Shown here one piece after another: positions 37,221 through 46,538 of a stretch of 64,000 nucleotides of DNA. Under the pieces are notes generated by a model that did no database searches, had not been told where the DNA came from, and was given only the letters and a program-made list of their open reading frames with translations. Numbering within the stretch: the stretch's first letter is position 1; each line of letters starts with the position of its first letter. Origin of the DNA: Hormoscilla sp. Lineage in GTDB: Bacteria > Cyanobacteriota > Cyanobacteriia > Cyanobacteriales > Desertifilaceae. The DNA lies in assembly GCA_051439505.1 (NCBI GenBank), contig JBFRWI010000002.1:1-64000 (forward strand), in the 5' to 3' direction. Both the position numbers and the translations under genes were made by a program.

Positions 37221-39071
37221 ATGGAAGCAACGGCAATCAGCGCAATGCTAGGACAAACAATCGGTGGCCACTACCGCATTATTCAATTCTTGGGCCAAGG
37301 CGGATTTGGCGAGACTTGGTTAGCTGAAGACCTGCATTTACCCGATCGCCCTCACTGTGTCGTCAAGAAGCTGAGTCCTCCATCCAACGATCCCGCGCTG
37401 CTGCCAACGGCCAGACGCCTGTTCGATCGGGAAGCCAAAACCCTCTACCAGCTAGGCCAGCATGACCAGATTCCCCAACTGTTAGCTTACTTTGAGGAAA
37501 ATCAAGAATTCTATCTAGTCCAGGAATTTATCCCCGGACATGACCTGACCCAAGAACTCCCTGCCGGCAGTAAGTTGAGCGAGGATCGAGTCATTGCTTT
37601 TCTGGTAGAGATTCTGACCATCTTGGAGTTCGTCCATCAACAGGGTGTCATTCACCGGGATATTAAGCCCTCCAATTTAAGGCGACGCCAGCGGGATGAC
37701 AAGATTGTTCTGATCGACTTTGGGGCAGTCAAGCAAATCAGCTCCACCGTAGCCACACCTCAAGGCCAGAGTCCGACTATTATTGGCACAAGGGGCTATA
37801 TGCCCCCCGAGCAAGAGAAAGGTTATCCCAATTATAGCAGTGACATATATGCCGTGGGAATGGTTGGAATCCAAGCCCTCACCGGGTCGCCGCCTACCAA
37901 CCTCCCAATAGACTCTAGCACAGGGGAAGTCATCTGGCGAAATCGGGCACAGGTCAACCCTCAGCTAGCAAACATTTTAGACAAAATGGTGCGCCAGGAC
38001 GATAGCCAACGCTACCAGTCAGCAACTGAAGCACTGCAAGCTCTGAAAAAAACGAGAAATTCTATGGGTGCTAAATCTAAACTGATATTTTTGATTGTTT
38101 TAATCTTACTAGGATTAGCAGGAGGAGGAGTAATAGGATGGCGCATCTTTACCTCCCGGCAATCTCTTGAACCAGAACCACCTCCGCCATGTCAAACCAT
38201 CACTGCACAGTCATCGCAAGTATATGCCGTTGCCATTAGCCCGGATGGTGAGACAATAGCCAGCGCTAGTCAGGACAAAACCGTTAGGTTATGGAGCAGA
38301 GAAACCTGTGAATGGGACGGCACTTTCTCAGGACATTTAGGCCCAGTCAATTCTGTAGCCATTAGCCCCGACGGGCAGACTATTGTTAGTGGCAGCTCCG
38401 ACAATACTATCAAGCTATGGAACCGGAAGACAGGAGAATTAATTCGCACTCTCACAGGACATGCTGATGCAATTACCTCAGTTGCCATTAGTTCTGATGG
38501 TGAGACTATTGTTAGTGGCAGCTCCGACAATACTATCAAGCGATGGAACCTGAATACTGGGGAATTAATTCGCACCTTCACAGGACATACAGGCGGGGTT
38601 GAAGCAGTGGCTATCAGTCCAGATAGTCAGATGCTTGTCAGTAGCAGTCGAGACAGCAGCATCAAGCTGTGGAACCCGCACACCGGACAGCTACTCGATA
38701 CTTTATTTGAGAATTGGGTAATTTATTCCGTCGCCATCAGCCCAGATATGCAGATTCTTGTCAGTAGCGGTTGTAGCCAGAAAATTAACCTATGGAATCT
38801 GAAAAATGGTCAACTGCGCCGTAACCTGGAAAAGCCTTCAAGTAATGTTTGTGCCGTCGCCATCAGCCCGGACGGAAAGACCATTTTTGGTGCCCGTAAT
38901 GACGGAAAAATCCAGCAGTGGGATCTGCAAACCGGGTCGTCGATCGGCATCATTCCTGGTTCTGGGCATTCAGAGCAAATTGCAGCAATTGCTATCAGCC
39001 CGGACGGGAAAACGATCGTCAGTGGCAGTCTTGACAAGACCATCAAAATCTGGCAAATTCCAGAACGTTAA
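37221..39071 (+). CDS. Hanks-type Ser/Thr kinase with TM helix and seven WD40 repeats
   Basis: LGQGGFG, HRDIKPSN, DFG, GTRGYMPPE; TM; repeated VAISPDG..IVSGS.D.TIKLW. Confidence 0.95.
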   Translation: MEATAISAMLGQTIGGHYRIIQFLGQGGFGETWLAEDLHLPDRPHCVVKKLSPPSNDPALLPTARRLFDREAKTLYQLGQHDQIPQLLAYFEENQEFYLVQEFIPGHDLTQELPAGSKLSEDRVIAFLVEILTILEFVHQQGVIHRDIKPSNLRRRQRDDKIVLIDFGAVKQISSTVATPQGQSPTIIGTRGYMPPEQEKGYPNYSSDIYAVGMVGIQALTGSPPTNLPIDSSTGEVIWRNRAQVNPQLANILDKMVRQDDSQRYQSATEALQALKKTRNSMGAKSKLIFLIVLILLGLAGGGVIGWRIFTSRQSLEPEPPPPCQTITAQSSQVYAVAISPDGETIASASQDKTVRLWSRETCEWDGTFSGHLGPVNSVAISPDGQTIVSGSSDNTIKLWNRKTGELIRTLTGHADAITSVAISSDGETIVSGSSDNTIKRWNLNTGELIRTFTGHTGGVEAVAISPDSQMLVSSSRDSSIKLWNPHTGQLLDTLFENWVIYSVAISPDMQILVSSGCSQKINLWNLKNGQLRRNLEKPSSNVCAVAISPDGKTIFGARNDGKIQQWDLQTGSSIGIIPGSGHSEQIAAIAISPDGKTIVSGSLDKTIKIWQIPER

Positions 39072-39169
39072 ATTTCCCGGCCACCAACTATGCAGTTCCC
39101 GATCGAGGGTGGAGGAGTTGGTGACTCGATTGGAAATATCTTTGAATACTTACTCTAAATTTGTAAATA

Positions 39170-39547
39170 ATGGACCTCAAAATAGACCAAAAATGGGATT
39201 CTGCATCTCTGCGGATCGTTAGCAAGACTATAACTCCAGCAGGAATTACCAAAACTCTGGGAATAGAACCAACTCGTGCTTACGCGATCGGGACACCTGT
39301 GAAGTGGATTCTCGAAAGTGGCTTGGATGAATCGGAACCCCTCAACTTACATATTAACCAATTACTGTTGTTGATTGAGTCAAAAGTTGAGCGGTTCAAA
39401 AAACTAATGTCGGTATGCGACATAGAAATATTTTGCGGTTTTTCCTCCGAAAATGGTCAAGGGGGATTTGTTCTTGATGCTGGACTAATCAAGCGGATGG
39501 GCATCATCCCCCTAGATTTGGTGCTGGATTTGTATCCCGCATCATAG
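39170..39547 (+). CDS. DUF4279-like protein
   Basis: ASLRI...ITKTLGIEPT...W.LES...GGFVLD....RMG...LDLVLDLY. Confidence 0.65.
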   Translation: MDLKIDQKWDSASLRIVSKTITPAGITKTLGIEPTRAYAIGTPVKWILESGLDESEPLNLHINQLLLLIESKVERFKKLMSVCDIEIFCGFSSENGQGGFVLDAGLIKRMGIIPLDLVLDLYPAS

Positions 39548-39606
39548 CTGTGGGCTATACTGAGTAGTATATATTGTCTAGCGCATAGGAAGCACTAAAG
39601 TGCTTA

Positions 39607-40803
39607 CTACGAACTGAAGACTGAGTAGTATATATTAGCTTGCTTGAGCCGTCGCAAGGCTTCCCCTAGCCGATCGCACTCAGCAATCAAACTAACTCTC
39701 ACATAGCCTTCACCACCAGCACCAAAAGCATTTCCCGGCGTCACCACCACTCCAGTCCGCTGCAAGACATCCAGGGCAAAATCTGTCGAACCTATTCCAG
39801 GGGGACAAGGAACCCACAGATACATGGTGGCTTTGGTTTTGGGAACATCCCACCCCAACTCTGCCAAACCTTGAATCAGAAAATCTCGGCGAGTCCGATA
39901 GCGTTCCCGAACCTCTTTCAAATAGGAATCAGGTAATCCCAGCGCTGTTTCCGCTGCAACTTGCAGGGCCGCAAACACGCCGTAATCTAAATTCGTTTTC
40001 AGCGTCCTTAAACCTTGGATGATCTTAGAATTCCCCACCACAAAGCCTATGCGCCACCCAGCCATATTATAGGTTTTGGACATGGTATGAAACTCAACCC
40101 CAATTTCCTTGCCACCGGGAATTTCTAGTAAGCTAGTGGGTTGATAGCCATCAAAGGCTAATTCTGCATAGGCCAGGTCGTGAACCAGCAAGATTTGATG
40201 GCGACGGGCAAAAGCGACCATTTCCACAAAAAACTCCCGGGGGGCCGTGGCGCAGGTGGGGTTGTTGGGATAGTTGAAATATAATATCTTGGCCCTTGTG
40301 GCTACATCCTCGGGAATGCTAGCTAGATCGATCAGCCAGTCGTTTTCTGGTTTCAGAACTAAGGTGTGGACCTCTCCACCCGCGATCGCGGGGCCGCGAA
40401 AATGGGCCGGATAGGCCGGAGAGGGGACTAAAATTAAATCCCCCGGATTGATGTAAGCTAATGCTAAATGGCTGAGTCCTTCTTTAGAACCCAATAGAGG
40501 TAAAGCTTCGCTATCTGGATCCAGTTGCACTCCATAACGACGGTGATACCAGCTAGTAATGGCGCTGCGGAAACTGGCAGTCCCCTCAAAGGGAGGATAG
40601 CCGTGATGGGCGGGATTTTGTAAAGCCTCGATCGCCGCTTCCACTACCGGTTGGGGCGTGGCCCCATCGGGGTTTCCCATGCCCAAATCTATCAGATCCA
40701 GTCCCTGTTTTCTGGCATTTGCTTTCAGTTCGTCCAGGCGGGCAAATACATAAGGAGGCAAGCTTTTCAGGCGTTCAGCTGGGCTTATCCAATCTAGATT
40801 CAT
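39607..40803 (-). CDS. Class I/II PLP aminotransferase (aspartate/LL-DAP aminotransferase-like)
   Basis: IDLGMGNPD, NYPNNPT, HDLAY, EFHTMSKTYNMAGWRIG. Confidence 0.93.
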   Translation of the reverse strand: MNLDWISPAERLKSLPPYVFARLDELKANARKQGLDLIDLGMGNPDGATPQPVVEAAIEALQNPAHHGYPPFEGTASFRSAITSWYHRRYGVQLDPDSEALPLLGSKEGLSHLALAYINPGDLILVPSPAYPAHFRGPAIAGGEVHTLVLKPENDWLIDLASIPEDVATRAKILYFNYPNNPTCATAPREFFVEMVAFARRHQILLVHDLAYAELAFDGYQPTSLLEIPGGKEIGVEFHTMSKTYNMAGWRIGFVVGNSKIIQGLRTLKTNLDYGVFAALQVAAETALGLPDSYLKEVRERYRTRRDFLIQGLAELGWDVPKTKATMYLWVPCPPGIGSTDFALDVLQRTGVVVTPGNAFGAGGEGYVRVSLIAECDRLGEALRRLKQANIYYSVFSS

Positions 40804-41981
40804 CGTTCATTTTTCTCGTTAACTGCTAATGGCGTCGTGGTTGAAACCATTGCTGCCATCAGTTGGTCCGGCCCCACCTGGAAGGGGAGTCGGTGAATGT
40901 CAGAAGCAGGTCTACAGGCAATTTCCGCTGCTTTACGCAACTCTGCCAGGGTGACGTTCCCCAGTCCCAAGTCATCCAGGGTTTTCGGCAGGCCAATCTC
41001 CGTGTAAAACTGTAACAGTTGTTGTCTGGCCGTAACTGCCAGTTGGTTTCCCTGCACCGTCTCTTCCAAGCGCAACTGCACTAGAATCCCGTAGGCCACT
41101 TTTTCTCCATGTAAAGTATGACGGACCTCCCGAATGTGGGTTAAGCCATTGTGGACAGCATGGGCCCCTACGGTGCGACATTGAGAACCTCCCAGTCCCC
41201 CGATCGTCCCTGCTAGGAGTACTGTAGCATCTACCACTTGCCGCCAAGCTTCTCCCCCTGGAGCTTTGAGGGCCTCTGCTGATTTTTGGAATAAAATATC
41301 TCGCAGGATCCTCGCCTCTTGGACAGCAGCAATGAGTATGGTTTCGGTGGAGTGACCGCTACTGACAGATGCTTCATACCATTTGGCGATCGCATCTCCT
41401 ATGCCTGCCACCAGAGTCCGTGCTGGGGCTGTCGCAATTAGATTGTAATCTAGCACTAGCAACTCCGGACACTGGGCGAGGCCGACACCGTAGAGAAACG
41501 CACCCTCCTGAGAGTATACATTAGAAAGGGCTGCCCAGGCGGCACAGGTTGCCCCTGATGTGGGAATAGTTACCACTGGCAGTTGACAATAGTGACCCAC
41601 CAATTTGGCTGCATCCAGGGCCTTGCCACCACCGACGCCAATAATCAGATCTGCTGCATGGGTGCTGACAGCTTGCTTGAGGGACTCTATTGTTGCTTCG
41701 CTACAATCAGGAGAGTAGTTCGCCTCCGCCGCAGTTAGTTGCTGCTGTGCCAGGACTGGTTGCAAGGGCGATCGCACTACCTCTAGAGTCCGATCGCCCC
41801 CTACGATCAGGGGACGAGAACCCAAACGGGCGATCTCCTCTCCTGCTTGGGACAGACAGTTTTCCCCTCGCATCACCCTGGTTGGGGCAACACTCATATA
41901 TATTAAGGGCTTATTGGCTGTTGCCGCTGCTAATTTAGGTAATAAAGCTTCCTCAGACATCATTGTGGTATATTTTTCCAT
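40800..41981 (-). CDS. Iron-containing alcohol/glycerol dehydrogenase-like protein
   Basis: IGVGGGKALDAAK, GIGDAIAKWYE, AHAVHNGLT, LHGEKVAYG; start uncertain. Confidence 0.9.
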   Translation of the reverse strand: MEKYTTMMSEEALLPKLAAATANKPLIYMSVAPTRVMRGENCLSQAGEEIARLGSRPLIVGGDRTLEVVRSPLQPVLAQQQLTAAEANYSPDCSEATIESLKQAVSTHAADLIIGVGGGKALDAAKLVGHYCQLPVVTIPTSGATCAAWAALSNVYSQEGAFLYGVGLAQCPELLVLDYNLIATAPARTLVAGIGDAIAKWYEASVSSGHSTETILIAAVQEARILRDILFQKSAEALKAPGGEAWRQVVDATVLLAGTIGGLGGSQCRTVGAHAVHNGLTHIREVRHTLHGEKVAYGILVQLRLEETVQGNQLAVTARQQLLQFYTEIGLPKTLDDLGLGNVTLAELRKAAEIACRPASDIHRLPFQVGPDQLMAAMVSTTTPLAVNEKNER

Positions 41982-42018
41982 TCCGTCATCCTGCCCATCG
42001 CCCGTACCCGATCCCCAG

Positions 42019-42546
42019 TCACTCTGTGGAATTCGGCAATACTGGCAAGGAGGCTAATTTTTCCGAGTCTATGAATATCTCCATATTATCGTCTGCTCGA
42101 CTTCTCAGCGATCGCTTGACATAACCCAGGTAAACTGGTTGCGATACATTCTCCTGGGGATGAATTATCGTCCGGGCCCGGATCGTCAGTTGGGTATCTG
42201 TACTACTACTGCGTCCTGGGGAAAACAGATCGTAAGCTGCTTGCCGGAGGGTAGCTTCCAGTTGGGGTTCTGTAATCTCCGGGGGCACTGCGATCGCCGT
42301 TTGGGCTGCGCCATTATCGTATACCCGAGAGAAGGGTACTGCACCTGGTATTTTTATCTGGGGGACTGCCGCTATACTCAAGGTGAACAAACCAGCGGTC
42401 AATATCACCATAAAGCTAGTAACGCCCACCAGTCTGAACCTGATGCCCCATTTGAGTACCCAACTGAGGACTGTCACGACAGCACAGAGGGCAGTAGCAA
42501 TTCCTACCCACTTAGCTGCTAGCACAAATAAACTTGCTGTTGGCAT
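42019..42546 (-). CDS. ycf51: Ycf51 family protein
   Basis: WGIRFRLVGVTSF, VYDNGA, QLEATLRQAA.DL.SPGR. Confidence 0.88.
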   Translation of the reverse strand: MPTASLFVLAAKWVGIATALCAVVTVLSWVLKWGIRFRLVGVTSFMVILTAGLFTLSIAAVPQIKIPGAVPFSRVYDNGAAQTAIAVPPEITEPQLEATLRQAAYDLFSPGRSSSTDTQLTIRARTIIHPQENVSQPVYLGYVKRSLRSRADDNMEIFIDSEKLASLPVLPNSTE

Positions 42547-42599
42547 GAGATTTTGTCCGATGTTTTGGGTTTTTATCTTGACAGAAGAGCGATTACGTG

Positions 42600-43079
42600 T
42601 TAATCGAGTTCATTGCTGACAAACCCTGCTTCTGGCTGAGTGCCTAAGGGATTTTCTAGGGCTGCCTTGAGGGTATGCCATGTCAGATTAGCACATTTGA
42701 TTCTGACTGGGAACTGGGAAACGCCTTGCATGGCGTTCAACTTCCGCATTTCTTTGGGAAACTCTACTTCTCCTTTCATCATCCCTTGGAACCTTTCTAC
42801 CATTTCCAGAGCTTCTGCAACTGTTTTGCCGATGCAGGCCCCGGCCATTAAGTCCGCCGACGCCATCGCGATCGCGCAGCCTTCCCCAGAGAATTTTAGA
42901 TCGCAGATGCGATCGCGAGCATCATTCAGTTGCAGAGTCAGCTCGATGGTATCCCCGCAACTGGGGTTATATCCCCGCTGGGACCGATGCACCGGTTCCG
43001 TTTTGCCCCGATGCCGAGGCTTCTTGTAATGTTCTAGAATAACTTGTTGATAGAGGTCGCGCAAATTTTCCAGAGACAT
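42600..43079 (-). CDS. sufU: SUF-system NifU-family protein
   Basis: LYQQVILEHYKKP, NPSCGD, GEGCAIAMASA, RIKCA.L.WH. Confidence 0.93.
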   Translation of the reverse strand: MSLENLRDLYQQVILEHYKKPRHRGKTEPVHRSQRGYNPSCGDTIELTLQLNDARDRICDLKFSGEGCAIAMASADLMAGACIGKTVAEALEMVERFQGMMKGEVEFPKEMRKLNAMQGVSQFPVRIKCANLTWHTLKAALENPLGTQPEAGFVSNELD

Positions 43080-43214
43080 AGTTATCGTTTCGGATCGGTG
43101 TCCGACATGAACATGGCGATCGTGTTAATTTTAGCATAATAGCTAGCTGATGGTGCGGTTCGAGAGGAGAGAATCATTATGGGGTCTTCTCTAATCTCGT
43201 GGGACCGACTTATA

Positions 43215-43823
43215 TCATACTTGGGAATATAAGTCAAAAAGACGCTGCACCACCTCAATGGCTTGGCCAGCAAAATTTCGGGCAACTGCTACTTTCTCCT
43301 GTTGTTCTATCACGCGGTCTGAGATCGCCTTTGCTTTTACCAGGATATCGTAATCTGACTCGGTGAGGAAGCCGCAAGCAAAGAATGTGAGAGCTAGTTC
43401 TGTGGGACTTTGCGTTTCAAAGTCAATTGAGTTCTGTTCTGCTATCATGCGCATTACTATTTTAGCTATAAACACAGCACCACAAACCGCTGCATCAAAA
43501 TCTCCTTTTGCTATTAGTTTACCTGCTCTCTACAGATATATATAAATATCTGTCAAATCTCTAACTGGATAATCATATAATTTTGCTATTTGCTCGCCAT
43601 CAGATACATCTTTTACTTGAGGCGTAATCTCTGGAGGTTTTAAGGCCACAATCACTGCCGTTTTTTCCGCGTGGATAATGTAATCGAGATCCGATCGGGA
43701 AATAAATTCAGTCAATGGAGCGACGCGCGGCTTCACTAAAACTCGATAACCTTGCTGTCTATAGCGCTCGGCAATTTTTTCGCTCATAGGATCTGATAAC
43801 TCCTCTAATATCGGTCTAGTCAT
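43215..43823 (-). pseudogene. REase_AHJR-like/HEPN-like gene with in-frame TAG at 43530-43532
   Basis: Two ORFs in the same frame separated by one stop; IAERYRQQGYRV...LDYII N-terminus and helical C-terminus. Confidence 0.6.
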
Positions 43824-43842
43824 CTCGTTCCCATCTGAGTGA

Positions 43843-43956
43843 CGATCGCGCAGCCTTCCCCAGAGAATTTTACATCACAGATGCGATCGCCCGCCTCATG
43901 CAGTTGCTCCCGTCAGCTCGATGGTATTCCCGCAGCTGGGGTTATGTCCCCGCTGG
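43843..43956 (-). pseudogene. Diverged internal fragment of sufU
   Basis: Aligns by eye to 42869-42981 with substitutions and a 1-nt indel. Confidence 0.9.
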
Positions 43957-44004
43957 CGATACTTCAAAGGACAGCATTTTATTTGTCCGGAGCGAGGGGG
44001 GGAC

Positions 44005-44050
44005 GGGTGTGGTCTTGCACCAGTTGGTTTGGAAACGGCAGATGGTATGG
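44005..44050. mobile_element. MITE-type terminus GGGTGTGGTCTTGCACCAGTTG
   Basis: Related to 13805-13844 and to 37078-37099 (inverted). Confidence 0.55.
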
Positions 44051-44111
44051 AACGCAAGCATAGACGCAGCTTGACAATAAGCCATTGCTGGCTGACAACG
44101 AACTATTACTG

Positions 44112-44237
44112 GCTTACATAAAGCCAATGTAAGCTTACATAAAGCCAATGTAAGCTTACTTAAAGCCAATGTAAGCTTACTTAAAGCCAATGTAAGCTTA
44201 CCCAAAGCCAATGTAAGCTTACCCAAAGCCAATGTAA
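44112..44237. repeat. 21-bp tandem repeat (AAAGCCAATGTAAGCTTACNN) x6
   Basis: Direct reading. Confidence 0.95.
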
Positions 44238-44393
44238 ATGGGTGTGTAGGAGCATTTATTGCACTCAGAGCCCCCCCAAACCCCCCCCGTGGAGGAGATC
44301 CGGCGACTGTCCGGGCCCCCAATACTGCGTATGTTTTGCAACAACTTCCTCGGGAGAGTGGGGAGCAGGGAGGACGCACCGGACGCGGTGACA

Positions 44394-44450
44394 CCCCATC
44401 TCCGTGTCTCCCCATCTCCGTGTCTCCCCCTCTCCGTGTCTCCCCCTCTC
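44394..44450. repeat. 16-bp tandem repeat CCCCATCTCCGTGTCT x3
   Basis: Direct reading. Confidence 0.85.
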
Positions 44451-44756
44451 TTTTCCCTCTCCCTTCTCCCTTATTAGCATAATAGCTGCTTGGTGGCGCA
44501 GCCCTACAATGGCGACAAGTAGGCTATATCGATCGGATGCTTCGCCAGCATTTCCAGCGCGTTTTTTCCTAATATTTACCTCTATAATTTAGCTAAAAGC
44601 CTTAGGGTTTGAACCCCCGGCGGGCTGACTTTTAGAGTGCGATCGGGTAAAATAGGACAAGCTGACATAGAATATAAGTACGCGAATCTCTTCTCGGTGG
44701 AGTGTCCCATGGTAGTCGAAAATTTGTAAGTGCCGAATTTTCCCGAGAAGGTTAAA

Positions 44757-45122
44757 ATGCAAATGAAACTACGCCAAAAAATTGACGAACTGACTTTACT
44801 AGAACTGTTTTGGTCCGAACCAAAAATTGCCGATCGTGAAGATGGTTATTGGTGTTACGAAGCTACAGATGATGCAGGTAGGGTCATCCGTTTTGGCATG
44901 GATGTAATTCAGGAGTCCGTTCAGATAGACCTAAAAGTTTCTGGTTTATCCCTAGTAACTCTCAGCTTTGAGTTAGTTGATGCTATTGAAATCATCGATT
45001 TAGATCGAGGACAATTTGCTTTTGTCGTAGCAGCTGATATTGAGCAGGCTAGAACTAGAATTGAAGTGAAATTGCGACCTGATATTGAAGTTCAGGGATA
45101 TACTCTGAAAAACGAATCCTAG
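44757..45122 (+). CDS. Acidic hypothetical protein
   Basis: Protein-like ORF DELTLLELFWSEP...YWCYE; start uncertain. Confidence 0.65.
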   Translation: MQMKLRQKIDELTLLELFWSEPKIADREDGYWCYEATDDAGRVIRFGMDVIQESVQIDLKVSGLSLVTLSFELVDAIEIIDLDRGQFAFVVAADIEQARTRIEVKLRPDIEVQGYTLKNES

Positions 45123-45223
45123 GGGAACATCTCGATGTAAGTAATATAGCCCGCGCAGGCGGGCTTTGTTCCTGTAGCCCCACCATAAATGGTGGGGGCG
45201 GTGGGGTCGGCGGTGGTAGCTGC

Positions 45224-46201
45224 TTAAATGTAAAGCTGGGCCACATACTCGCCATAGCCGTTATAAGGCAAAGTCGGGCGCCTGGGCCAAGAAAAAGGCG
45301 AACCAGAAGTAATCAGCCGTTCCGTCGCCTGGGACCATCTCGGATGAGGTTTATTCGGATTCACATTCGCCTCGAAATCATACTCATTTGCCACCAAAGT
45401 ATTCCAGAACGTTGCCGGTTGTGACTCCAAAAACTCAATCTTCACGATCGACTTAGCGCCCTTGAAGCCATACTTCCAGGGAACCACCTCTCGAATTGGC
45501 GCACCATGCTGCTTCGGCAGAGTGTGACCATAGATCCCCGTAGCAAAAAACGCCAACTCATTCATCATTTCATCCAGGCGCAGACTTTCCGTGTAGGGCC
45601 AGGGATATCTCGCAAAAGGTAACCCAGATCCCCCCGTGCTAATCTTGGCGTCGTACCAGGAGGTAAAACGCACGAATTTTGCCTTGGAGGTAGGTTCCAC
45701 ATCTTCTACTAGCAACCTCATGGGAAATCCTACCCAGGGTACCACCATTGCCCAAGCTTCCACGCAGCGGAAGCGATAAACCCGTTCCTCTATGGGAAAC
45801 CTTTTATGGATATCATCCAAATCATACAGTCGGGGCTTGTGTACCAAACCCCCGACTTCCACTTTCCAGTCTGCCGTTGGCAACGCCTGTGCGGCCTTCC
45901 AAATCGATTTCCCACTGCCGAATTCATAGAAGTTGTTGTACTTCGCTGCCAACTCCTCGGCGGTGATCGGTCGATCGACCTTAGCAAAATCCGGATTGCG
46001 TACTAGATTAGGGTAAGGCTTATAGAAGCTTTCCGTCGATGATGCCGGAGACTGGTCACAACCTGCTACGGGCAAGATACTGCCAGTCAAACCAGCGCCA
46101 AGCAAGGATTTCATAAACCGGCGTCGGTTAAAAAAAGCCTCTTGGGGCGTTGCCTCTCGTTCGGGAATTTCCCAGGATTTTGGTACGCGGATTAAAGTCA
46201 T
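45224..46201 (-). CDS. msrP: Protein-methionine-sulfoxide reductase catalytic subunit
   Basis: Tat NRRRFMK, YNNFYEFG, ERVYRFRCVEAW, PWKYGFKGAKSIVKI, HPRWSQATE. Confidence 0.95.
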   Translation of the reverse strand: MTLIRVPKSWEIPEREATPQEAFFNRRRFMKSLLGAGLTGSILPVAGCDQSPASSTESFYKPYPNLVRNPDFAKVDRPITAEELAAKYNNFYEFGSGKSIWKAAQALPTADWKVEVGGLVHKPRLYDLDDIHKRFPIEERVYRFRCVEAWAMVVPWVGFPMRLLVEDVEPTSKAKFVRFTSWYDAKISTGGSGLPFARYPWPYTESLRLDEMMNELAFFATGIYGHTLPKQHGAPIREVVPWKYGFKGAKSIVKIEFLESQPATFWNTLVANEYDFEANVNPNKPHPRWSQATERLITSGSPFSWPRRPTLPYNGYGEYVAQLYI

Positions 46202-46538
46202 GGAACTTATTTTCGGTTGTTGGGTAGCACCTCTATTATGAGAGAACTAACTCAAGATTTATGAGGTAATTTCCCCAGCCTACCACCGGCAGCCCTCCGA
46301 TCCTACCTGCGGGCGATCGCCTCCCCAAGCCTCCCCAAGTCTTTCACACCGGTCGTTCTGGGCTTATAGCATTGATATTTTGTATGATTCAATACATATA
46401 TCACAGAATGTCAGTTATCTGCTATAAATTTAAGATTTGCTTAATAGTTGCAAGAGATTAAATTTTGTTACAATTATTTAACAAGGGACTAAGATGAATG
46501 TAAATTAAGAAAAATAAATAAGAAAGGGCAATAGATCG

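Noticed and set aside
43942..44592. ORFs 43942-44415, 44259-44477, 44265-44480 and 44404-44592
   Set aside because: Open frames produced by tandem and low-complexity repeats, with no recognisable protein features
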